NCBI RefSeq assembly: GCF_004010195.1
Contig: NC_057719.1
Location: 48,132,228-48,181,126 of the forward strand
Source of the DNA: Chiloscyllium plagiosum
Taxonomy: Eukaryota
Length of the DNA stretch: 48,899 nt
Direction of reading: 5' to 3'
The stretch's first letter is position 1. Each line of letters begins with the position of its first letter. Positions 24,071 to 35,959 of the stretch are shown here, in pieces. A model generated the notes under the pieces. It ran no database searches. It had not been told where the DNA came from and was given only the letters and a program-made list of their open reading frames with translations. Made by a program: the position numbers and the translations under genes.

Positions 24071-24409
24071 GCTTTGTTATCCTACATCAATACAGATTTT
24101 TATGGGTTAGTTTTGACAATGGCCCAAAGCATTGGCAGAGGCCCAAAACGTGATGTTGAGCAACAGGTGAGAAAATTTCAAGTTTTAAGGAGTGTCTCAG
24201 AAAAGATGGGATAAAGGGGATTCAATAAATTGCGGCCTGCTCAGCTGAGGATAAGCCACAAAGAATGGGAAAATTAATGAGTTACTGGAGGGGTCAGAAT
24301 CCGAGGAGTACGCTTGGCAGGCTGAGAGGTTGGAAGAGATTAGAAGGAGGAGAGTCTTGGTGCGTAGGGAATTGAGTTTTTGAAAAGTTCATCCGTGGGA
24401 TGTGTTTTT

Positions 24410-26300
24410 TTTCTGATGAAGTTCATCCGTGGGATGTATTTAGTGTCCATCTCTACTTGCCCTGAGAAGGTGATAGTGAGCTGCATTTAAACAATACTAT
24501 CCATTTAGCGTAGGTATATGTAATGCCTTAAAGGAGGGAGTTCCAGGATTCTGACCCAACAATTTATTTTCAAATCCAGATGGTGAATAGCTTGGAGAGG
24601 AACTTGACTGGCAACATCACTACATGAATCTCCTGCCTTTATCCTTCCAGGTGATATTAGAGTCATAGAGATGTACAGCATGAAAACAGACCCTTCGGTC
24701 CAACCCGTCCATGCTGACCAGATATCCCAACCCAATCTAGTCCCACCTGCCAGCACCTGGCCCATATCCCTCCAAACCCTTCCTATTCATATACCCATCC
24801 AAATGCCTCTTAAAATGTTGCAATTGTACCAGCCTCTACCACTTCCTCTGGCAGCTCATTCCATAGACGTACCGCCCTCTGTGTGGAAAAAGTTGCCCCT
24901 TAGGTCTCTTTGATATCTTTCCCCTCACCCTCAACCTATGCCCACTAGTTCTGGACTCCCCGACCCCAGGGAAAAGACTTTGCCTATTTACCCTATTCAT
25001 ACCCCTCCATCATTTTGTAAACCTCTATAAGGTCACCCCTCAGCCTCCGACGCTCCAGGGAAAACAGCCCCAGCCTGTTCAGAAGGTGCTTTTCAAGCAG
25101 CTTTGGTGAATTTCTACAGTGTAACCTGTGGTGAGAATGAATTGCTGCTACTGTAGAGGTGGTGGAGGGAGTGAATGGCACCAAATCCATAAAAAAATCA
25201 AGAGGACTGCTTTGTCTTGGATGGTGTCAAGATTCCTGAATTGTTGGAGCTATGCTGATCTGGTCGCGTGGCGTATACCTTGCAGATAGTGGACAGGTTT
25301 TGGTGGGTCAGGAAGTGTATTACTTGCTACTGGATTTGTCTGAACTGCCCTTACTGTCAATATATTTATATGGCTAGTCCAGTTCTGTTTCTGATGATGT
25401 GATGATCTCCAGAATGTTGACAATGGACAATTCAGTGATGGTAACACCATTGAATATCGAAGGGTGATGATTAGACACACTTGTTGGAACTGGTCATTGT
25501 CTAGATCGTAAACCTGAAGAACTTCAGAGATGTCCTGGAGCTGATGACTGGCCTTCCAACATTCATAACTACCTTCCTATGTGCTGCATATGGCATAAAC
25601 TAGTGGAGATTTATTTTCTGATTCCCATTGACCAGTTTTATTTGAGCTCCTTGATGCCATACTTTGTCAAATATAGCCACTTTATCAACAGCTTTCATTC
25701 TGTTCTCCCCTCTGTAGTTCAGTTCTTTTGTTAATCTTGGAACCAAGATTGTAATAAGGTCAGGAGCTGAGTAGCCCTGGTGGAATTCCAATTGCTCATT
25801 CACACTGAGTCACAAAGCAAGTACAGTTTGAGAGTGCCAGGGACTGAGTGTCGACTGATGGGATGGTATTTGACTGGGTTTTAATTATCCATGTTTGTGT
25901 ATTGGGCATACCTATGCAATTTTCCACAATGCCAGGTAGATGCTATGTTATATCTGTATTGGAACAGTTTGGCTAGGGGCATGACAAGTTTTCGATCATA
26001 TCTGCAGTACTTTTGCCAGAATGTTGTCAGGGCCCATAACCTTTGCAGTACCCAGTGCCTTCAGGCATTTCTTGATATCATGTGGAGAGAGACTAATTGC
26101 CTGAAGACTGGCATCTCTGATGCTGGGGACATCCAGAGAATTTTAGATTGGGGATTTTTGCAAATACTTTATTTTCTGCATAGCTTTACTGGTTCTCCCA
26201 TTATTAAACATGAGGATCTTTGTGGCGTAATCTCCATTCGTGACTGGATGTGACAGCACTCAATCTGATCTGTTTGTTGTGGAGTCAGTTAGCCTTTGGC
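24410..26300 (-). mobile_element. Decayed LINE (CR1/L2 group) RT and 3' region, interrupted by a younger CR1
   Basis: Minus-strand FHQGYSAPDLITILV...VDKVAIFDKVWHQG (RT motifs). Confidence 0.7.
24660..25080 (-). mobile_element. HER1-like CR1 3' end
   Basis: LNRLGLFSLERRRLRGDLIEVYKMM and a tail ending ...ACATCTCTATGACTCT. Confidence 0.9.
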
Positions 26301-26769
26301 ATGTTGTGTCAGTGTTTTCACAAATTTTGGGATTTTACTCTGGAAAGCTCAACAATTGTTTGGAGAAGTGTGAAATCGCCTGACAACTTTTGGATTCTGT
26401 TCTATGTGTATGCAGTCTCTTTGTAGCTGTCTATTTCAGCGGAATGATAATGTGAATGCTCATAGTTTTACTATTGTCATGACAGATGTAGGCCAATATT
26501 TAATAAACAGTAGTGAACCTACTGTAATATAGTTTATATGGAAGAGGTGTTCCTTTAAAACAAGAGATATTATACTATTTGAAAACAGCAATGCATTCCA
26601 TCATAGAGCAATTCATGCGGAGCTATGACAAATGTCTTAAAATTAGGAGAAAAAGCAAATAAAGCGCACTTGGCTTTCATTTTTTTTGTATTGAGAGGAA
26701 AGTTGAATTCCAGAAACTAACGAAGCAGTGTGATGTTAACATGAGATGTGATGTCTTAATTATATCCCA

Positions 26770-26975
26770 GAGTCTAGATTAGAGTGGTGCTAGAAAAGGA
26801 GGAGAGGGAAAATTGACGTTTCGGGCAAAAGCCCTTTATCAGGAATAGTGTGAAGGGTTTTTGCCCGAAACGTCTTACTTTCCTGCTCCTCTGATGCTGC
26901 CTGACCTGCTGTGCTTTTCCAGCACCACTCTAATCTAGACTCTGGTTTCCAGCATCTGCAGTCCTTGTTTTTACC
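26770..26975. mobile_element. Palindromic Penelope-like insertion with hammerhead-like cores
   Basis: Inverted arms. Exact 15-bp TSD cttaattatatccca at 26755-26769 and 26976-26990. Confidence 0.85.
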
Positions 26976-27429
26976 CTTAATTATATCCCACGTAACTTTG
27001 TTTCTCTCATGATGATTTCTCCCCCCCCCCCCCCCTTTTACAACTACAAATTCTCTAAATTTTCCCCCAATGCAATCAATCATGAAATATTGTGAAACAG
27101 AATCAGGCTATTCAACTCATCAAGCTGGTGCTAGTGGTTTTCTCTGCTTAAACCACTTGGCCTAAAATCGTGCTCCTGGTTATTCTACAAACCTTCTTAA
27201 TGTACGCAGTTATGTTATGAAGCAATTGATTCATTAAGGGTACTTTTCACATAGATATTTACTGAGGTTGTATACTTGAGTGTATCATCATATTGATTAA
27301 CATTTGTTTACTCTACAGCTTGACTAGAGGAATTAGCACATTATTACTCCACCTATAAAGAAATAAACTGCTGCACAGTTGTTAGATTTTGGTAGAGCCG
27401 ATGCTCGCTCTCTCTTTCTCCCCCCCCGA

Positions 27430-27451
27430 CTCCTCCTCCTCCTCCTCCTCC
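27430..27451. repeat. (CCT)n microsatellite within a polypyrimidine tract
   Basis: ctcctcctcctcctcctcctcc. Confidence 0.85.
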
Positions 27452-27639
27452 ACGGTCAGTAGTTGAAGTTTACGTTGCTGCGTTCTAAAATCATTCATGC
27501 ATCAGTCGTGAACTCTATCAGGAGAGTCACCACTTTTGGATTGGTAACTTGTTTCCCTTTGGCTTCTATCTCACTGTATTTCCAGAATTTTCTGTTTCTA
27601 TGCCAGGTACTGTATATTCATGTCTGCGTTTCTTTGTTG

Positions 27640-27821
27640 AAAATGTGTTGCTGGAAAAGCGCAGCAGGTCAGGCAGCATCCAGGGAACAGGAGAATCGAC
27701 GTTTCGGGCATAAGCCCTTCTTCAGGATTCTCCTGTTCCCTGGATGCTGCCTGACCTGCTGCGCTTTTCCAGCAACACATTTTCAGCTCTGATCTCCAGC
27801 ATCTGCAGACCTCACTTTCTC
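27640..27821. mobile_element. Palindromic Penelope-like insertion
   Basis: Perfect 60-bp arms at 27638-27697 and 27726-27785. TSD ctgc(g/a)tttctttgttg at 27624-27639 and 27822-27837. Confidence 0.88.
27698..27725 (-). ncRNA. Minimal type I hammerhead ribozyme core (PLE-type)
   Basis: Minus strand CUGAAGA-A-GGGC-UUAU-GCCC-GAAA-CG-UC, with both core boxes, a 4-bp stem II and a GUC triplet. Confidence 0.7.
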
Positions 27822-28734
27822 CTGCATTTCTTTGTTGTCTGGTATAGGTTAAATGGAAGCTTGCAAAACACCTAGACTTAATATAGCAAAGAGGAAGCAT
27901 AAATTGTCAAAATAGTTTTTCCATATTACATATTGGGTCAACTGAAATCAATCTTGCACTAAAATCTCCCATGACAGTTCTTACTTACCTGATGTGCAGT
28001 GAGTTTGTGCACTGACCTTTATCATTTTAATGGACTCGGTTTTGTGATCTGCAGCAAAGCAATGATGCTTTCTTGTTGACCCCATAGAAAGTTGCTGTAA
28101 TGATCGGGTGACCTGTAGTGAGGAGGTTCTCTCCCTGTCAGTTTAGCGATCTCTTCGAATTGGTCCTTGGTTTAGATGTTGAGCAGCAATGATGTCCTTC
28201 AGCAATGTCAGCAATCAACCATGTTTTAAGTATTCTATCTGACAGCAAATGAAGTGAACAATGACTAATCCTCTCACTTTGAATTTAATAAGTAGGGAAA
28301 TATATCATTGGGACATGGAATTAAGTAGAGCTAAGATAATAAACTTTACAATTATGGAGAATTTTTGACATTCAACAAATAAAATTACTTTTTCAAGACT
28401 TGAGAAATTTTAGTTGTAATTATCAAACTTGTGTACAGGTGGTAATTCAGTTATATACCTTGATTAGCAAAACTTGATTTTCTCGAGTTTTTGAGACAAA
28501 GAAGCTCTTACCTGTTTAATTTCTAATTGATTGCAAACCCTCTGGAAAAGTGTAAATTCAAACAACCTTTAACTTTCTGCTGTTAGATCTATGTGGATCC
28601 TGAGTATTATTAATGGCAAATGCTGATAGTTGAATTTTATATTAATAGTGGTGGAACCATTGCAACTCTTGCTACCAAGTGAAAAAGCTTGACCCTTGTT
28701 TGGCGCACTACTTTAAAGTACAGTTTGGATTTCT

Positions 28735-28753
28735 TGACAGGAGATGGCGCTGC
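28735..28753 (+). promoter_or_regulatory. Candidate CTCF-binding site
   Basis: ACAGGAGATGGCGC matches CCASYAGRKGGCRS at 12 of 14 positions, followed by TG. Confidence 0.4.
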
Positions 28754-30299
28754 TAGTCCAAACTTGTAGGCCTGTTTTCACAAAATACTAAATTTCTAAT
28801 TACTCCCTGCAGGTAAGAAAAGATTTTATCGTGCATTTCTTCATTACTTAATCTTTCTTTTGGTTCCTTGCGCATTTTTTTCTACTGTCCCACCCATGCA
28901 TCCTTTTCATCTGGTTTGTCTTCTGTGTGCCCACTTGTTAACCGCACTACACTTAACTATGGTGTCAGCAATAGCTCCGCATCTTCCCCTCTCTGTCTTG
29001 GAAATTTCCAATTACAGCTGACAGTATGCACCCACTGCTATTTTATAAAGGCCTATTGTCTGATCTTCAGATGTGGAATTTGCAATGCAGGTGGGCATTT
29101 CAGAAGCTCTTTTTGTCAGCTATTGGTACATTGTGTCATTGCTGACCAAACCAATTCCCATGCGTAGTCTTCTGGATAAAGATCAAATTTCCCCCCCCCC
29201 CCCCAAAAAAAAATGGACTTGCATTTATATCTTATCATAGCCTTAACATGACTGACCCTTGGAAAAGTAATTTAACTTTTTAGTGTACTTACTATTACTG
29301 TAACAGCAAATAATTAATTTGTACACAGCAAGATCCCATTAGCAGGATTCTGTTTTGGTTGAGAGAAGTGGTTTGGGGTTTGGAGGTGAAGACCGAATTG
29401 GCGCTCAGTGGGTCATTCCTTTAACAATGTTGGGTGTCTTAAACACTGAAGGGAGATTATCTGAGTCATTATGTTTGCCTCTGGAATGGTTCTTCTGCCA
29501 GGAAGGTAACTTGATGCAGCTACATCTAGTTTCCAGGCCAAGTCAGATTTTAAAAAAACCCAAAACCTTTGTCAAAATACTGAGCTTTTTGTATTTAAGT
29601 TTGGAAATTGCATTGTGCCTGTTTCTGTGCCATGTTACTAAATTAAAGCTGTTTATACTTTTAAGCAGCAAGGCTCTGAAGATCTAGCCTAACATTCCTT
29701 ATTTTTATGCTGGACTTCTAACAATGGCAATCTGGCAATCGTGAGATTTAATCTCAATTTGCACTAACATATGCATTTGGGCATTGCAGATATTTTAAAG
29801 CAACTGATAAAAGTTTCTTTATTCAACACAGTCCATTTATGCACTTAATTGTTTTAACTGCTGCATCTAGATACTGGGACAAGCTCCAGGGTCTTGTAAT
29901 AAAACTGCTTATTCAAAAATATTAAAAGTAAATCAAAAATTGTTCTGCTCATATTTATGATCCAACTATATCAGTTATCACTACCTGGATTCTCTTTGGT
30001 TGGAAACTACTTCAAAATAATCCTTTCAGTCAATGAAAAGCCAATTTGACCAAACTTGCTTCAAACACAGTGGGAGCCAGGACCAAAGATATCACAAGAG
30101 ACTGTAGCACATTCTTTTGGGGGATGAAGAAAAGCCAGAGGTCAGGTTCAAGCCCACTTTGAAACTAGGTATAAAGAGGGATAAGTCACAAAGTAGAATT
30201 TAGGAAGCTCAAATAGATTGAAAAGCAAGATCCCTTAGGCTACAATTTTAGGACTATTTCCAGAATCTACTGTGTGTAGAAATGGGAAGATTGAGATAA

Positions 30300-31420
30300 T
30301 GCACGCCACATTAAAAATGGTGCAGGCGGGAGAGCTTTAGACTTCTAGGGCATTGAGAATGGTTCTGGGGCAGGTTGGACTTGTACATGAAGGAGGTTTC
30401 ACCTTAGCAAGACCTAGACTGAAATTGATTTGCTGGTGGTGTTGGGGTATGATTAAACTACTTTGTCAGGGGGTTGGGAAGAGAGAATTTAGATCAGAAG
30501 CAAAGAGGTTTTAGGAAGTAGAAATACTGCAAATGAAAGTGGACAGCAACAAACCTCCTCAAATCACCTGCGGTTAAATTACAGGATATTAAAAAGGTAG
30601 CATCAAAAACACACCATGCAGAAAAGTTGCAAGTCTGAGGATTGGGAGAATTTTAAAATTCACCTTGGAACAAATAAATTGGAAAGCTTTTTGTAAAGTC
30701 CTGACTAAGTCTTAAATTTTCTTTAAATAACTTATAATGTACTTGCATCATTTGAGAATTGCCAGAAGGCAACAAAGTAGGAAGTAATGGATCATTCTTC
30801 AGCAGGTAGGTTGTCAGCGAGGCACTGTCATCAGTGCTTTGGCCCCTAGTTTTTCATAATCTATACCAGTAGTTGTTTGGGCCATTTGAAAATGATTCAA
30901 AAGTTGGTGCAAACGTGAGTTGAGGGTGAAAAGAGGCTTTAAAGAGATGTAGATTGGTTGGTTGAGTGGATAAGGACTCGTCAGATAGAACACATTATGG
31001 ATAAGTGTACTTTGATAGGATGTCCAGAGTATTTCTTGAATGGCCAGAAGTTGGAAAGTGTTGGTATCTTTTTAATAATTCACTGAAAGCCAGCATGCAG
31101 GTGCAACAAACAATCTAGAAGGCAAGCGATATGTCGATCTTTATTCCAAGAGGATTTGAGTAGAGGACCAAAGATTTCTTGTTTCACTTTTATATAGACT
31201 GCACTTGGAATAATGTGTGCATTTCTGTTTCAAGGCAGAATATACTTGCCATCAAGGGTTCATCATGGATTGGTGGAAATGTGAGGAGGATGGACCTGTC
31301 ATCTCTGGTGTTTAGAAGAATGAGGTGCAATCCATTAACATTTTAATAATTTGTTTTCAAGGAATACACGAGTAGATGATGAAGCATATTACCCTCCCTA
31401 TGAGTTGTCGAAGCATCAAT
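30300..31420 (+). mobile_element. Heavily decayed CR1 fragment
   Basis: Remnants such as tcactgaaagccagcatgcaggtgcaacaa (SLKASMQVQQ) and cacttggaataatgtgtgcat (HLEYCVQ-like). Confidence 0.6.
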
Positions 31421-33475
31421 TTAAAGCAAGCAATCTAATCTGAAGATTGGCAACTTGGTAACCTCAGCAGCAGCATGAGCAAGGGCCCATTTGCTAAGGT
31501 TACAACTGCAGGGAGAGGATGTCCCAATGCTCAGGCAGAACTGTGGGGAGTTGTGGAACAGAGCTGGGCAGGCTGGCTTGAACTGCTGAGGCTCTGGCAC
31601 ACAGGCAATGCCATTTCTGTGGGCTGCCATTGCCATCAGGGGATCTGTGGGCTATGGAGTTCCCAAAACGTGGACATCTACATTAATTTGCTTGGAGGTC
31701 GTCAAATTTTTACAGGATAGTTTCTCAATTAAGTGCTCACATCTCTTTATCTTTCCCATGTAGCACTCTCTGCAGTGTGGATGTCTCCGCAGATCAGTCT
31801 GCAAGGTGTTGAGTATACTCTAGATTTGCATGGTCAGGACTTTTCCTGCAGTAGCATGTCTGGTTTTTGAAAAACAACCAGAAATTAGAGTACAGTACTT
31901 TCAGCTGATGGGAACACCTGTTAACCAACTGACTGAGGTGTGTTGCTGGGAAGACTCCATTAACTACAGCAACTGCTTCTCAACAGGTTAGGAGTTTAGG
32001 AGTACCAGACAACAACCAAACATTTGTGACAGTCGAAGTATTCATCAAGTGACTGCCTTTAGCAGCTTGAAGAAAGCCAAAAAGACCTTTTATTGGCATC
32101 ATTGCTATCTTTAGGTTTGAGGTATGCTTGGTATAAACAAAATAACCCACTTATTTCAACCAAGACACCTGCCCACCCACCGAGGATCCCCTTCTCCTGC
32201 CTCTGACACACCCCATCCACCTGGACACCCCATGACAGCCTGTTTCCTGCCCTCGACTTCATTTCAAACTGCTGCTGTGATATTGACCGCCTCAACCTGT
32301 CCACCCCCCCCCCCCCCCACCCCTCAATGGGTAGCACTCCATTTCCAACCTCATCAAACTGGTGGGGGGAGGGGTGTGTGGGCATATTAAGTGTGGCACA
32401 CCAACCTCTATACCACTGAAGCCAGGCGCCAACTTGCAGATCTTGCCTTCCATCACCAAACCATCATCTCCTAGACCATCCACAACCTCATCACCTCTGG
32501 GGATCTCCCGTCCACAGCCTCTAACTTCATTGTCCGTGAACCCCACACAGCCTGATTCTACCTCCTATTGAAGATTGACAAACCTAACTGCCCTGGTGAC
32601 CCATTGTCTGTCTCAGCCTGTGCTTGTCCCACTGAACTCATCTCTTCCTACCTTGACACTGTACTGTCCCCTTAGTCCAGGAGCTCCCCATCTATGTTCG
32701 TGACACCCCCACCCCACTCCCTTCACCTCCCAAATTTTCACTTCCCTGGCCCCCAACCCCTTCTACCCTGACCTCGCCATTCACCTGGACCATCTCGGAC
32801 ACCTCCCTCCCCTTCCTGGACTCTGCATCTCCATCTCCTTTGACTGACTAACCACAGACATCTACTACAATCCCACTGACTACCACAGCTACAAGTCCTT
32901 CCATCCTACCTCTTGTAAAAGTGCCATTCCTTATTCCCAATTCCTCTGCCTCGGCCACATCTGTTCCCAGGATGACCAATTCCACCTCAAAGTCCCAGAT
33001 GACTTCCTCCTTCCATGGTTCAACTTCTCTTCCCACGTGGTTGACAATGCCTTTCGGTGCATCTCCTCTACTTCCTGCACCCCTGCCCTTGCACCACACC
33101 CCTCCCAAAGCAACAAGGACCCCCCCCCCGCTCCTCACATTCCACCCCACCAACCTCCACATACTTCATATCATCCTTCGTCATTTCTGCCACCTTAAAA
33201 TGGGCCCCACCATATATGTCCCTCCCTACCCCTATCAACTATCCGGAAAGATCATTCCCTCTGAAACTCCCTTGTCAGGTTCACAACCTCCTCTTCCCCC
33301 CCCCCCCCCCCCCCTTAGTTCAATTGGATTGACCCACCAAGCACTTGTTAAGTCCATTCCCCATTCAGGAGACTAGGCAGCAGCACACCACGTTTGAGCC
33401 CCTACATCCCATCTGCCCCCACGCCCCGTCCGCTCCCCAAACCCATCCAATCCTGCCCCCCCCATCCCCCCCCCC

Positions 33476-33674
33476 NNNNNNNNNNNNNNNNNNNNNNNNN
33501 NNNNNNNNNNNNNNNNNNNNNNNNNNNNNNNNNNNNNNNNNNNNNNNNNNNNNNNNNNNNNNNNNNNNNNNNNNNNNNNNNNNNNNNNNNNNNNNNNNNN
33601 NNNNNNNNNNNNNNNNNNNNNNNNNNNNNNNNNNNNNNNNNNNNNNNNNNNNNNNNNNNNNNNNNNNNNNNNNN
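33476..33674. other. Assembly gap (N run)
   Basis: N characters. Confidence 0.99.
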
Positions 33675-33774
33675 TCCTCAGCTACCTTCTGCCCCACCCC
33701 CCTCCCATTTATCTCTCACCCTCAGCCCACAAGCCTCAGCCCTGATGAAGGGCTTATACCTGAAACATCGATTC

Positions 33775-33898
33775 ACTTGGATGTAGGTTTGCTCGCTGAG
33801 CTGAAAGGTTCATCTCTATGGAATTGAACCTTCCAGCTCAGCAAGCAAACCTACATCAAGAACCTCAACCTGAGCTACAAATCTTCTCAAAACTCACT
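33775..33898. mobile_element. Small palindromic Penelope-like insertion nested in another PLE
   Basis: Same family as 7167-7772. TSD atcgattc (33767-33774) and atcaattc (33899-33906). Confidence 0.75.
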
Positions 33899-34499
33899 AT
33901 CAATTCTCCTGCTCCTCAGATGCTGCCTGACCTGCTGTGCTTTGCCAGCAACAAACTCTCACCTCTGATCTCCAGCATCTGCAGTCCTCACTTTCTCCCA
34001 CTTATTTCAGTTACCAGTGGTTGTATAAGGTCAAAAACAACAAAATGGTAGCTCATAATATCTGATCCAGTAATTGGACTTTAGCAGTGTGAAAGTTGAA
34101 AAGATCTTTATTGGCATCAAATGCTACCTTTAGGTTTGTGGTGCTTTATCCAAAACAGTTTTGTGGGCAGGTCTAAATGAGCATGAGCCAGCAACAACAA
34201 AGTGACTGTTCCTAACTGTAAATAGGACGTAGCAATCTGATGATCTACAAGCAATGGAACTTAAGTACAATTTAAACTCCGAAGAGCTGAGCAAGCCTGA
34301 ATCATTGTCAGTAATCACAGGAATTTCAATGATCACAAAATGTCCATCTCTGAACTGGAAGGCAGTAGGTCTCCTTTTAGTTCAAGCTGTTCAGGCAACA
34401 AATGGAACTGTATTTTCTGGACCCTGTTAACTCTGAAACAGACCAACAAGTCATCAAAGTCAAAGTTACCATAGGTTACTATAAGTTACCAAAATTACC

Positions 34500-35136
34500 A
34501 ATCTTGAAAGGATTCAGAAAAGATTTACCAGGATGTTGCCAGGGTCTGAGGATTTGAGCTATAGGGAGAGCTTGAATAGGCGAGGGCTGTTTTTCCTGGA
34601 GCGTTGGAGGCTGAGGGGTGACCTTAGAGGTTTACAAAATTGGGGGGCATGGATAGAATAAATAGGCAAAGTCTTTTCCCTGGAGTGGGAGTGTCCAGAA
34701 CTAGAGGGCATAGGTTTAGAGTGAGAGGAGAAAGATATGAATGAGGCCTACGGGGCAACGTTTTCACTCAGAGGAGGGTACATGTATGAAATGAGCTGCC
34801 AGCGGAAATGGTGGATTCCTGATGAAGGGCTTTTGCCCGAAATGTTCATTTTCCTGCTCCTCGGATGCTGCCTGACCTGCTGTGCTTTTCCAGTGCCACT
34901 CTAGATTAGAGTCTGGTTTCCAGCATCTGCAGTCGTCACTTTTGCCTAGAGGAAGAGTGGAGGCTGGTACAATTGCAACATTTAAAAGGTATCTAGATGG
35001 GTATATGAATAGGAAGGGCTTGGAGGGATAAGGGCTAGGTGCTGACTGGTGGGCCTAGATTGGGTTGGGATACCTGGTCAGCATAGACCAGTTGGACCGA
35101 AGGGTCTGTTTCAGTGCTGTACATCTCTATGACTCT
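34500..35136 (+). mobile_element. HER1-like CR1 3' end with a nested PLE fragment at ~34816-34947
   Basis: LERIQKRFTRMLPG...LFFLERWRLRGDL and tail ...gtacatctctatgactct. The insert carries CTGATGAAGGGCTTTTGCCCGAAA (34819-34842). Confidence 0.88.
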
Positions 35137-35959
35137 GAGACAATTATCTCCATACTGAACATAGCAGCACAGTCGGAACATGGCGTCAAAGCCCCAAGCA
35201 AATTATACATTGTGTAACCATTGGAAAACCAATGAAGAGTTAAGTTTCATTACTGCATACACTGTTCCAAATTTATGCCTTTCAGATAGCAATCCAAAGA
35301 GATGGCAGATCAGTTGATAGGAGGCTGCTGGTGCAAGGTGTGTGATTAGGACCTTTTGGAAGCATTACTAATAAAATCATTGAGCTTTTGATTGCTTCTG
35401 CCTTCCTATGATAAGCCCTTCATCCCAGGAATGAATCAAGTGAATGTTTTCTGAACTGCTTCTGATGCAGTTATTTGTGTTTTTTATAAATAAGGAAAAT
35501 GACACTGTACCCAGTACTCCAGATATGGTCTCAGCTGCAAGAATTGAATATTCCCTCTGCATATATTGAAAGAATCTTTTTGGACCATACTGAAGGTTAC
35601 AGTTATGACTATTGCTAAAATGTGGACACAATTGTGAAGCAGTCCTTTTAGGTAGTTTTTACAGGCCCATAGAGTTGTTACAATGCAAAAAAAAGCATGT
35701 AACTTATGTCTGCATAGCTTCTGAGCATTTTAGGCTTTGTACCATAACCTTGCCTTATCCTTATAACCCTGCAAATAGATGATCACTTAAATGGAAGCAA
35801 TGCCCTCTTGAAAGTCTCAGTTGGCCTTGTTTGCATCATGCTTCTATGTAGGGCATTCCAAATCCTACCCACTTATGTTAAATTACCAGTAATTCCTTTT
35901 CTTCTCCTCCTTTCTCACTTAATGCTCTTCTTCCCCTGAGATTTACCCTCCTATTTCTT

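Larger units (their letters stand above)
32159..33996 (+). mobile_element. Penelope-like retrotransposon, degenerate RT with 3' terminal repeat
   Basis: Decayed PLE RT motifs FYLLLKIDKPNCPG, ACACPTELISSYLDTVL, SDTSLPFLD, TDIYYNPTD, CKSAIPYSQFL. Hammerhead core at ~33742-33768. Exact 13-bp TSD cccacttatttca at 32146-32158 and 33997-34009. Confidence 0.88.

Noticed and set aside
7842..24437. Short direct repeats (7842-7905 and 24385-24437) as CRISPR-like units
   Set aside because: Only two copies each, very short spacers, eukaryotic context, no cas genes.
27463..27900. ORFs with the same peptide on both strands (CCWKSAAGQAAS...)
   Set aside because: A consequence of the palindrome; no evidence of coding function.
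33345..33827. ORFs across the 33.5-kb gap
   Set aside because: Gap artifacts inside a decayed PLE.
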